DNA of 26,925 nucleotides from a virus (taxonomy: Duplodnaviria > Caudoviricetes), in the IMG/VR virus record IMGVR_UViG_3300006120_000077, positions 1-26,925 of that record; one strand, written 5' to 3'. Positions 8,839 to 17,067 of this stretch are shown one piece after another. Both the position numbers and the translations under genes were made by a program. The notes under the pieces were generated by a model, which saw nothing but the letters and a program-made list of their open reading frames with translations, did no database searches and had not been told where the DNA came from. Numbering within the stretch: the first letter of the stretch is position 1; each line of letters opens with the position of its first letter.

Positions 8839-10655
8839 TAATCTCTCCGGGGTCCGGGAAGTTTTTGAAGGGTTTTAATCGTATGTTGGCGGACATATTT
8901 TACAAAATTATCCAAATAATCATGGCCTTTTTTAATGTCTCCACCGCCTAATTTACGAACCATATCGGGATGAATGACATATTCTCCGCCCGCCGCAACA
9001 ATTGGGACAGGACGGTGATTGCCGGACATAATTGGCCCACCGTGCGCTTCCGCTTGAGGGGCTGCCGTACCCTGTTTGTTCTGACGAAGTCTATCGCTTA
9101 AACTTTCAAGATCAGTCGGTGGCTTTGGCACATCTAAAGCTGAAAATTTTGGCAATTGTTGGCTTAAACCAAAAGGACCAGTTGAGAATCCTTGTTTAAT
9201 TAAATTGGCTCCAGAAAAGCTTGGTGCATCAACTCCCAATTTAACATCTTCTGGCAAGGTGTATTGATTGGAGAGATAACCACTTTTCATTGGTGTACCA
9301 GCAGCACCACCGCCAATTGCCTTATGTGCTGGTTGGCTTTTTGCGTTTTCATGGCCGAACATGCCATCCAAAATTTTTGCGCCAGCCAACGAATTGCCTT
9401 GTCCCAATGCGCCAACCTCCGCCGCAGGAACAACGTAAGAATTTTCTAAGACATGCATAGGAAGATGATCAGTCCGACCACCAACAGCAGCATTAATGAA
9501 TCCGACATGGCAAGGAGTAGCCTTTTGATTTGCAATTTTGTAAGCGGCATCAATTGATCCGCCGCTTGCTTTGCCGGGTGTATATGTAATTGGATTTTTG
9601 CCCGGTGTCTCAAAAGCGCCCCTAATGAGTTTTTCCCCGCCAGACATATCAGCGGGTTCCCAAATACGTGCAATATAATCAGGATTAAGTTTGCTGGTAT
9701 CCGCACCTACACCAAGACGGCGCATTTGACCGCCGCCTTTTTCAGTAGGGTCAGTATAATAAATAGCTTGTTGTAAAGGGCGGCCCGGAAACAATTTCTT
9801 AGCTTCACCCAACGACCCCGGACGCATGTCATTAGGATCGTTGTTGAGAAACGGCCCCGTATCTTCCGCCTCTTTAGAAGCGGGTAAATCTGATTCGTCC
9901 TGAGATGACGTGGACATATGTGCGCGGCCTGTTGAGGCTGCTGCATTTTTAGGGATAATTGGAGAAGAAAGGTGAGCGCGACCAGTTGATTCCCGCTGAA
10001 TTGGGGTTTGGGCATTTAAGTCGGCTTCTTGCATTTTTTTTGGAATGCCACTGTACGCAGCACTTGGATTTTCCAAAATTGGGCGCGCATTATAAAAATC
10101 AGCATCAGACATTGCCCTTGGAATGCCCGTATAATCCACTTCATCAGGAAGTTTATAAGGCGCTTGTGCATGCGCCCGGCCCGTAGATTCACCAAAAGTT
10201 GATGGAGTTGATCCCCGTAAAGGCACTTGAGAGGTGCGCGTATCAAGGCGCGGAGCCGTCATATCTGCCGTTGGCCTATTGGGAAAATTATCCGTTGTAT
10301 AAGAACTTGGCGCGACCATTTGAGGGCGTGCAGAATACATGTCTGTGACGTATGGATTAGGTGCAACCGCTTGTGGTCGGGACGGGAAATTTGACTGTGG
10401 AGGGGGCGATACACCGCGAACCGCAGAACGGGCTGGCATAGTGCGATTAGGGTTCTGAGGAGAATCCGGAAAACCCATTGCACTAAACATTTTGTTGTAA
10501 AAACTTTGCATTGCCTCTGGCGGCTTGATCATGTCAGCATTTTGATCTGGACCACTAATAAAATTGCCTAAAATGCTTTGATACAACTTAGGGAGCGACG
10601 GAAGATATGAGCCACCGCCTGTTAAATCATCATCATTGCTATATGGGTCGCTCAT
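8838..10655 (-). CDS. Putative internal virion protein: Pro-rich disordered N-terminus plus two copies of a tape-measure-C-terminus-like 'GE(F/Y)V' domain
   Basis: 605 aa; GGAGG SD at 10661-10665. Paralogous segments GGRTDHLPMHVLENSYVVPAAEVGALGQGNSLAGAKILDGMF and RPVPIVAAGGEYVIHPDMVRKLGGGDIKKGHDYLDNFV. Confidence 0.6.
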   Translation of the reverse strand: MSDPYSNDDDLTGGGSYLPSLPKLYQSILGNFISGPDQNADMIKPPEAMQSFYNKMFSAMGFPDSPQNPNRTMPARSAVRGVSPPPQSNFPSRPQAVAPNPYVTDMYSARPQMVAPSSYTTDNFPNRPTADMTAPRLDTRTSQVPLRGSTPSTFGESTGRAHAQAPYKLPDEVDYTGIPRAMSDADFYNARPILENPSAAYSGIPKKMQEADLNAQTPIQRESTGRAHLSSPIIPKNAAASTGRAHMSTSSQDESDLPASKEAEDTGPFLNNDPNDMRPGSLGEAKKLFPGRPLQQAIYYTDPTEKGGGQMRRLGVGADTSKLNPDYIARIWEPADMSGGEKLIRGAFETPGKNPITYTPGKASGGSIDAAYKIANQKATPCHVGFINAAVGGRTDHLPMHVLENSYVVPAAEVGALGQGNSLAGAKILDGMFGHENAKSQPAHKAIGGGAAGTPMKSGYLSNQYTLPEDVKLGVDAPSFSGANLIKQGFSTGPFGLSQQLPKFSALDVPKPPTDLESLSDRLRQNKQGTAAPQAEAHGGPIMSGNHRPVPIVAAGGEYVIHPDMVRKLGGGDIKKGHDYLDNFVKYVRQHTIKTLQKLPGPRRD

Positions 10656-10660
10656 TGCCG

Positions 10661-10700
10661 CCTCCGTAATTCCATAGAATTACACTAAAATTTAAAATTT
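10661..10700 (-). promoter_or_regulatory. AT-rich intergenic element: SD GGAGG, adjacent 7-bp inverted repeat, possible promoter/operator
   Basis: Minus strand reads ...AAATTTTAAATTTTAGT GTAATTC TATG GAATTAC GGAGG cggca ATG. This is the largest intergenic gap in the window (56 nt). Confidence 0.4.
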
Positions 10701-10711
10701 CGATAGTCCTG

Positions 10712-11077
10712 TTAGGTATATGTCAAGGAAACAATTGACCCCGTTCCCGTCACAATTGTAAGCCCCGTCGCAAATGGTATCTGTATTTGGTATATACCAA
10801 TCCCCAAAGAAGACGGGATAGCGTAAATCCTGTTACCCGTCAGTGAACCGGAATTATTGGTATCGTAAATGTAGCCAGTCGTAGAACCTGCGGCTATGAC
10901 GGAAATTGTCGCCAACCAACCAGATGAAAATTTTATCACCTGAGTGGTAGCGGCTGCTATTTCTTTGGTATTTTTTGAACCATAATACCCCGTCCGCAAA
11001 CCATCGTAGTTTGCTATGGAATTGAGAGCCACAACACCATTCTTTTGGGCGGAAAGCAAATCATCAAGTGATGCCAT
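10712..11077 (-). CDS. Hypothetical virion structural protein (beta-rich C-terminus)
   Basis: Start re-assigned to MASLDDLL (ATG at 11077), 1 nt after the upstream TGA; 121 aa; Ser/Thr/Gly-rich. Confidence 0.65.
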   Translation of the reverse strand: MASLDDLLSAQKNGVVALNSIANYDGLRTGYYGSKNTKEIAAATTQVIKFSSGWLATISVIAAGSTTGYIYDTNNSGSLTGNRIYAIPSSLGIGIYQIQIPFATGLTIVTGTGSIVSLTYT

Positions 11078-11078
11078 A

Positions 11079-13184
11079 TCAGTATTTCCCGTCAGGAGCG
11101 GCTCTGTAGCGTATGCCGCCAAGCCGCCAGAATGTGCCTACGTCTTGTGATGAAATATTAACCGCAATCAAACGCGCCCTAATGCGGCAGGAGATATATT
11201 CCGTTGCTTGTGTCATTGGAAATGTGGCGGAAAACACGGAATTGCTTGGGAACCCTGAATACGATCCAGTCGTAACCGTCGCATCGCCCGGATAGTTGGT
11301 CCAGTACAAAGTTACGTACACGGTGGCGTTTTGGTTGCCAGAATACGTTCCCCATTTCATGTCGGGCCAAATTTGGTCCACAAACATAATCTTGTCGCCT
11401 TCAGCAATGCTGAAGAAGCCCGTTTGCATGGAGGATGCCATAGCGGTCGTGGTGTTACCAACCGCCGCGTCATTACCTATTTCATGCTGATAAAGGTAAT
11501 TATCAGTGCCAGCACCAATGGGAGGCCCAAGGACAGATTGATCAATCCAAGCAGAACGACCCAAAGAGCCAAAGTCCCATTGGTTGAGAACCGTATTGTA
11601 TTTAACATAGGAATCATTTTCTCCGTTTCCGTTTGCGGAAGGGTAGAACCACATGATTTCGTTAAACTGTGAATTAGGGGCGCAACGGATATGCTGTGTA
11701 TAAGGGATGCCATTGCCATCATTTCCTGATTTTAAATTTTGGAAAATAACGTCCCAGACAGGGCAGGGCAGCGGCTTAGGGCCGTCACCAGCATTAACAA
11801 AGAACTGTTTCTGGGACATCCAATAGATTACGTTACCCAATTGGCCGACGCATTTACGGCTGATTGCACCGCAGTTAGAGCCGATTTTGTTAAATCCGTA
11901 TACCAATGGCGCACCGATATACTGCATGGACCAAAGGTCTAAGTCAGTCCAAATTAAGCCCTGCTGCGGACCCTGCAAGCACGTAACAATTTTGGAACCC
12001 TGCGGAATGCGGTAAGAACCCGCCTGATTGGTGGCGGTTCCTATCCATGTGGAACTATCGCCCACATCAGACCAGCGGATCAATAATGGATCAGGTTGCA
12101 AAGTAAACGAAGACCCCCAAGCAACAACCTGCCGCTGTGGCATCGCTACAAAGCATCCGTCATTAACCAATGGCGCTTGTCCACCAACGATTTGAGCGTT
12201 TTGCAACGCTCCAGATGGCGACCAATAATAAATTGCGCCGCCCGTAGGATTGGCAATTAAATTCTCACCAAAGTTGTCCAAAGACCAGTCTGTTGCTGTA
12301 ATAGCCGTACCCGGAACGGAGGGTTGTGTTGTTCCCAAACCAAACCCGCCCGTGCCATACCCACCAACACCAAATCCTGAACCTTGGGGTTGCGGGCCAA
12401 TAGCTACATAATACGTCGAATTAATGTTACCGCTATTGATAGATACAGGACCAGCGGTTGATGTAGCTGAATTTTGGGCGGAAAAAGTAAAAGTGTTAGC
12501 GTTAGTTACGCTTAAAACGGTAAAAAGGCCAAAAAGCGTTAACCCGCCTACAGATGTAGATACCCCAATGTAAAATTGAGAACCCGTTGAATAACCATGA
12601 TTATTTAAAACAACGGTTACAACAGATGATCCACTTGTGGTGGAAAACGTATAAGAAGCGCCGCCGTTGGATACCGTTGATGTAGCGGGGGATGCTGCTG
12701 TAATTGTGTAAGTTGTGCCGCCCGCCGTTTGAAGTAAATACGACCCAGTCAACACAATGCCACCAACCGATACAGGCGTTACGTAATTAACGTAATCCAA
12801 AACCGATGCGGTAATGTTGGAATCAACAACTGTAACAGTCGTAGAGCCAGAAGTTGTGGAGAAATTAGGCGCGGTATTGGTAACGGATGTCTGTGGGGTT
12901 ATGTTAATATTGTTATTGCTGGTCAAAACGTTAAGAGATGATTGCGCCCCCACAGCCAAATGATTGACCGCATTAAGGTCCGCCCATCCTTTTAATGCCC
13001 GAATCGTAGAAGAATAGGCGGTGTTAAAATACGTAACCCAGCCGCCCAGCTTCTGAACAAGGCCAAGGTTATTGCGGTCCGGCATGAACCGGACAAGATT
13101 TGTGGAAGAAAGAGCCGCCTCATTCAGGGTCGGCGTCTTAATTACATCAACACCCGGAATAAGTTTAAGTGTTGCGTGGGCCAT
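11079..13184 (-). CDS. Tail nozzle / packaged-DNA stabilisation protein (P22 gp10 / T7 gp12-like role)
   Basis: 701 aa; beta-rich with propeller-like elements (WSLDNFGENLIA, LLIRWSD..D...W, VIYWMSQKQFF, YVKYNTVLNQWDFG) and C-terminal RIRARLIAV...WRLGGIRY; follows an adaptor-like gene. Confidence 0.7.
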   Translation of the reverse strand: MAHATLKLIPGVDVIKTPTLNEAALSSTNLVRFMPDRNNLGLVQKLGGWVTYFNTAYSSTIRALKGWADLNAVNHLAVGAQSSLNVLTSNNNINITPQTSVTNTAPNFSTTSGSTTVTVVDSNITASVLDYVNYVTPVSVGGIVLTGSYLLQTAGGTTYTITAASPATSTVSNGGASYTFSTTSGSSVVTVVLNNHGYSTGSQFYIGVSTSVGGLTLFGLFTVLSVTNANTFTFSAQNSATSTAGPVSINSGNINSTYYVAIGPQPQGSGFGVGGYGTGGFGLGTTQPSVPGTAITATDWSLDNFGENLIANPTGGAIYYWSPSGALQNAQIVGGQAPLVNDGCFVAMPQRQVVAWGSSFTLQPDPLLIRWSDVGDSSTWIGTATNQAGSYRIPQGSKIVTCLQGPQQGLIWTDLDLWSMQYIGAPLVYGFNKIGSNCGAISRKCVGQLGNVIYWMSQKQFFVNAGDGPKPLPCPVWDVIFQNLKSGNDGNGIPYTQHIRCAPNSQFNEIMWFYPSANGNGENDSYVKYNTVLNQWDFGSLGRSAWIDQSVLGPPIGAGTDNYLYQHEIGNDAAVGNTTTAMASSMQTGFFSIAEGDKIMFVDQIWPDMKWGTYSGNQNATVYVTLYWTNYPGDATVTTGSYSGFPSNSVFSATFPMTQATEYISCRIRARLIAVNISSQDVGTFWRLGGIRYRAAPDGKY

Positions 13185-13187
13185 CGC

Positions 13188-13910
13188 TTACCCCCTTGGC
13201 GGTGTAGCAATAGGCGAAGGAGATTGCGAACCCCATGCGGAAGATTGGAATTTCTTCCTATATTCTTCAATTGTCGCTCCTTTGAGCAACGTTTGATACT
13301 GCTGTTCCCAATTGATAGGCATCTGCGGATCAGCACCAGTCGTTGAGAAGTTACGTTGGAACCCGCCCACGTAAACCATGCTGGCGGCTATAAATAGGTC
13401 CGGCAGATAAGTGGAAATAAACGTGGTCGTATTGGTCGCCGACAGGGACGACGCATGAATCGTCCCCGTCAACGTCAGTGGATAAGATGAGTTAGGATAC
13501 GGCCCAAGGAGAATATACTGGCTTGTATTTCCAGTCGTGGCCGAATCGCCTCCATAAACAGCGAAGACACTTGGAACTCCTGCACTTGCCGTGCTGTTGA
13601 AAACGTTTTGAATGTACTCCTTAGCCACAGGGGCCAAAGGAGTCAAAACCCCGTTGTTATTTACTTGAATCGTCTGAAGCGTAATAAACGCCGCAGTCGG
13701 TATCGTTAAGATATTAACGTTTTGAGTTGTAGAAAACGAAGTGTTATCATAGACTTGTGCGGATAAAAAATCCAGATCACGTTGCATCCGCAGTTCCGCG
13801 TAGGAAATTGCTTGGGGCAAAATGATCTGGAAATTAGTGTCAGTTGTAGGGACAACCGCCAACGTAGCGATTTGCTGAACGTAACTGTTATACGTAAGGC
13901 CAGTTGTCAT
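13188..13910 (-). CDS. Putative tail adaptor / tail tubular protein A-like
   Basis: 240 aa; IxYAELRMQRDL N-terminal helix, LLGPYPNSSY motif, TTFISTYLPDLFIAASM; lies directly before the nozzle gene. Confidence 0.6.
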   Translation of the reverse strand: MTTGLTYNSYVQQIATLAVVPTTDTNFQIILPQAISYAELRMQRDLDFLSAQVYDNTSFSTTQNVNILTIPTAAFITLQTIQVNNNGVLTPLAPVAKEYIQNVFNSTASAGVPSVFAVYGGDSATTGNTSQYILLGPYPNSSYPLTLTGTIHASSLSATNTTTFISTYLPDLFIAASMVYVGGFQRNFSTTGADPQMPINWEQQYQTLLKGATIEEYRKKFQSSAWGSQSPSPIATPPRG

Positions 13911-13919
13911 AAGTCATCC

Positions 13920-14123
13920 TTATTGGGCGGGCTGCTCTTCCGTTGGCGCAGCTTCAACAGGTGCTGGGGCGGGAACAACAGCAGATTCAATCTGTGGTTT
14001 TGCTTGACCATGAAGAAGCTGAATCAAATCAGCTACTTCCGCATAAACGCCAGCACCAAGGTGTTTCAATACGGTGTTAACGTGGGCTACGGTCAACTTT
14101 AGTTCAAGTTCAAGATTTTCCAT
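13920..14123 (-). CDS. Small hypothetical phage protein (fibre-associated)
   Basis: 67 aa; AGGAG SD upstream; two helices followed by a Pro/Ala/Glu tail. Confidence 0.7.
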   Translation of the reverse strand: MENLELELKLTVAHVNTVLKHLGAGVYAEVADLIQLLHGQAKPQIESAVVPAPAPVEAAPTEEQPAQ

Positions 14124-14132
14124 TATGTTCTC

Positions 14133-14441
14133 CTAAAATGGTGGTTTTTGAGGCTGTACTTGTGGTGTAGATATCTGGTTAATTTGAGCGGCAATAGCTG
14201 CTTCAACCCCCGTTATGCTGATAGATTGTGATACCCATTGGAACGCCATTTCCTGTGTAATGTCCGCATATGGAACAAATTCCGCCGGATTTGGTGTTCC
14301 TAATTGCACTGTACCAGAACTTGATGACGTAACCAAGCCATTCGTACCCGTGCAAACCCAATTAATGGCCGTAACCACATTGGTCAGGCCGTCATATAGT
14401 GGGTTTACTATAAATTGGGGGAATGACCACGTAAATTCCAT
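14133..14441 (-). CDS. Hypothetical fibre-associated protein (possible assembly chaperone)
   Basis: Start re-assigned to MEFTWSF (ATG overlapping the upstream TAA at 14441); 102 aa; FVPYADITQEMAFQWV motif of a type often seen after phage fibre genes. Confidence 0.65.
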   Translation of the reverse strand: MEFTWSFPQFIVNPLYDGLTNVVTAINWVCTGTNGLVTSSSSGTVQLGTPNPAEFVPYADITQEMAFQWVSQSISITGVEAAIAAQINQISTPQVQPQKPPF

Positions 14442-15382
14442 TACGATAAACCAGCCCCGGAAATTATTGCGGTTGAGGACGATGTAAAGAGAACCGTACA
14501 AATTCCGTACAATGCAAGGGTTCTGTTCCCAGTAGTAGACGATGCTTGGCCCGCCCACTGTAAGGTTACGCCCGTACCCTGTGTGATTGTCTGACTGCTG
14601 CCAGAATTGTTATAAATCGTTACCGCATTGCCCGAAGACATTACGGCATTTGGGATAGTTACGCCGCCAGTCGTAATGGATATAGCTTGACCATTATCGG
14701 TTGCGACCAAGACATAAGCGGCTGTTTGGGAGTTAATAGGGATACTACGAACATTCCCAATAGAATCGTTTACGGATGTCCCTGCCGTAACAGTTGTACC
14801 AGCAGAAAGGGCGGTTCCTGCGGCAATAGTAGTAGTTGCGGTAATATTGGTTCCTGCGGCAACCGTTGTGCCTGAGTTGACCGTTGTTCCAGCGGTAATG
14901 CTGCCGCTAACCGTCAAATTGCCAGAAATAGAACCGCCTTGAAGAATCCCGTCATCCGCCTTTTTGACGTTCGTGCCGTCGCTATAAATGATGATGCTGT
15001 AGCCTTGCGGGAGGGCCACAGTCGTTCCAGCCGCCGCATTGCTGCCGTTATTGGAGCCAAGAGTAACCGTATACGCGCCGGACGTGCTGTTTGTCACAAC
15101 CCACATGCCAGCGACGCTTTGTGGAAGCAAAACCGTCTGGTTAGCCGCCAACGCACCCGTAAGGTTAAATCTCATGGCCTGAGATGTGGAACCTGCTGCT
15201 ATAGCACTGGGTGCGGCAATATTTGTATAGGTCGGTGAGCCGCCCGTGTTGACGGATACAGATGTTGTGTTGCCAAACATCTGGTCAAGAATGGTGGAAT
15301 TGTAATTGAGGGGCTGGTCCCACGTAGGGGATGTGCTGTTATAGGCGGGTTCGTTAAGGGCCAGATTGGTTGTTGTACTCAT
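14441..15382 (-). CDS. Short tail fibre / spike
   Basis: 313 aa; N-terminal anchor-like TNLALNEPA..TWDQPLN, 6-residue xxAGTx repeats, C-terminal 98 aa 75/98 identical to the long fibre C-terminus. Confidence 0.75.
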   Translation of the reverse strand: MSTTTNLALNEPAYNSTSPTWDQPLNYNSTILDQMFGNTTSVSVNTGGSPTYTNIAAPSAIAAGSTSQAMRFNLTGALAANQTVLLPQSVAGMWVVTNSTSGAYTVTLGSNNGSNAAAGTTVALPQGYSIIIYSDGTNVKKADDGILQGGSISGNLTVSGSITAGTTVNSGTTVAAGTNITATTTIAAGTALSAGTTVTAGTSVNDSIGNVRSIPINSQTAAYVLVATDNGQAISITTGGVTIPNAVMSSGNAVTIYNNSGSSQTITQGTGVTLQWAGQASSTTGNRTLALYGICTVLFTSSSTAIISGAGLS

Positions 15383-15618
15383 GGCTTGTCCGCCTTACCG
15401 TCTAATTTGTCGTAAATACGTTGGAACATATCTTCAATATGGGCCATCCGTTTATCTAAATCGTCTTTAAGAACGTATTCTTTTGGAAGCGACGCCTCCA
15501 GTTTACTAATATCCCGTTGTAGTTCTTTTACCGCGCCCCAAAGTTCCCGCAAAAGCCATCCCGCCACGGTCAGGGCCATCCCTGCCCCTATATCTATAAG
15601 GTTTTGATACTCATTCAT
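15379..15618 (-). CDS. Small membrane protein (single TM helix plus coiled coil)
   Basis: 79 aa; hydrophobic LIDIGAGMALTVAGWLL followed by a heptad-like charged helix and LPKEYVLKDD. Confidence 0.7.
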   Translation of the reverse strand: MNEYQNLIDIGAGMALTVAGWLLRELWGAVKELQRDISKLEASLPKEYVLKDDLDKRMAHIEDMFQRIYDKLDGKADKP

Positions 15619-15620
15619 AA

Positions 15621-15848
15621 TTAGGCATCCCGGATGATGGCGGTGGAGGTTTCCCTGTCAATAGATAATACACCATAGCAGACAATATTCCAATCCCCGC
15701 CATCCCGTTCATCCTTGACGGGAACCTGTATGTCCAGATGCTTAAACAGATACTCTTGGCCGTTTTCAAATACCCGCCAGACATGATCCTCCGTCCCGCG
15801 ACCGGGTTGACCACGGGACTTATTGAACCGGATGGCGTACTTGTTCAT
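15621..15848 (-). CDS. Hypothetical phage protein
   Basis: About 75 aa (MNKYAIRFNKSRGQPGRG...VWRVFE). The ATG at 15848 forms an ATGA overlap with the upstream stop; an alternative start is at 15854. Confidence 0.7.
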   Translation of the reverse strand: MNKYAIRFNKSRGQPGRGTEDHVWRVFENGQEYLFKHLDIQVPVKDERDGGDWNIVCYGVLSIDRETSTAIIRDA

Positions 15849-16432
15849 TTCCAACGTGGGCCTTCAACCCAGATGACCAGTGACTTACGAATGCCTTTGG
15901 TTACAGGCGTGACGCGGTGCAGCACAAAGGATGGGAAAAAAATAGCCATTCCCTTTTTAACATTAACTTTATTAGGAGTGGAAAGGTTAATTTCAAAATC
16001 TCCACCTTCAAAATCATCATTTAAAAGCATAGTCATAGATAATTTACGGTGAAGACCAGTTCCTTGCGGGTTAACTTGATTAACATAACTATCAATATGC
16101 CAATCGTAATGGCCGCTTTCTTTTGAATTATATGTAGAAAATTGAAAAGAATTGTATCCTACCAAATCAAACCCATAAAATTTATCATTTATCATGGTTA
16201 CGAAGTCATTTAATTTATTAAAAATCCACCTGTTTTCTTCATCAGGCTCCGTAAAATTTATTTTTGATTTTCTTATCTTGTTATCAACACTGCTTTGAAT
16301 TTTGCCGTCTTCTAATTTTTTGTTTTCACAATATTGAACAATAAGTGCCAATTCTTCATTGGTAAAATAACCTTCCCAATAAACATGAGGGTAAAAAATA
16401 GATGATTTTTCAGCGGTATAATTTGTAATCAT
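15845..16432 (-). CDS. 2OG-Fe(II) dioxygenase, prolyl-4-hydroxylase/PKHD-like
   Basis: HxD facial triad YDWHID, RKLSMT, DFEGG, FFPSFVLHRVTPVTKGIRKSLVIW with distal His and 2OG-binding RxS. Confidence 0.9.
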   Translation of the reverse strand: MITNYTAEKSSIFYPHVYWEGYFTNEELALIVQYCENKKLEDGKIQSSVDNKIRKSKINFTEPDEENRWIFNKLNDFVTMINDKFYGFDLVGYNSFQFSTYNSKESGHYDWHIDSYVNQVNPQGTGLHRKLSMTMLLNDDFEGGDFEINLSTPNKVNVKKGMAIFFPSFVLHRVTPVTKGIRKSLVIWVEGPRWK

Positions 16433-16434
16433 AA

Positions 16435-17055
16435 TTATATAACCGTTGCAGTTAGTGGGGAGTAAACAACACCTACATTAAAATGAATCATACGAAATGG
16501 TTTTTTGGATAAATTACGGGTAAATGAATGCGGCAACCAAGAATTTGCAAACATAAATGTCCCTGACTCTGGGATAAAATTAATCATATTGCTGGCATAC
16601 GTTGCTTGGGATGGGTCACGTTCAATAAGCGAAACAAATTCCTTGGTTGAACGCGGTTCATGTATAATTAATTTGCAGCCATCTGGAGGCGTATCTATAA
16701 AATAAAATCCAGAAATAACGGAGTTATGAAAGTGTTTTTCATGGCCAGAACGGTAATGATGTTCTTGACACCAGAAATCATACATTTCCATACGGTACAC
16801 ATCCATGTTGTACCCTTGGTCATTTAAAATATTCCATGAGGTTTTTAATATATAATCCACAAGACTGTGCATTCTTTCATCAGTATGCAAAGCTCCAGTG
16901 TTATATAACGGATATATATCATCTAATTTTGTTGTTTTTTTAACTTCCGCCAATTTTTCCGTGCATACTTTGGTGGCGTCTTTTAAAAATTCTGGTTTAT
17001 CAAATTTATAAACAGGAGACGTAAAATAGTGCCAAGCATTAATGGCATCAGACAT
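16435..17055 (-). CDS. Putative 2OG-Fe(II) oxygenase (TIGR02466-like, HxH type)
   Basis: HEKHFHNSVISGFYFI, PESGTFMFANSWLPH and C-terminal RMIHFN match the pattern of this phage-enriched double-stranded beta-helix family. Confidence 0.75.
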   Translation of the reverse strand: MSDAINAWHYFTSPVYKFDKPEFLKDATKVCTEKLAEVKKTTKLDDIYPLYNTGALHTDERMHSLVDYILKTSWNILNDQGYNMDVYRMEMYDFWCQEHHYRSGHEKHFHNSVISGFYFIDTPPDGCKLIIHEPRSTKEFVSLIERDPSQATYASNMINFIPESGTFMFANSWLPHSFTRNLSKKPFRMIHFNVGVVYSPLTATVI

Positions 17056-17067
17056 TTTATTTTCCTT

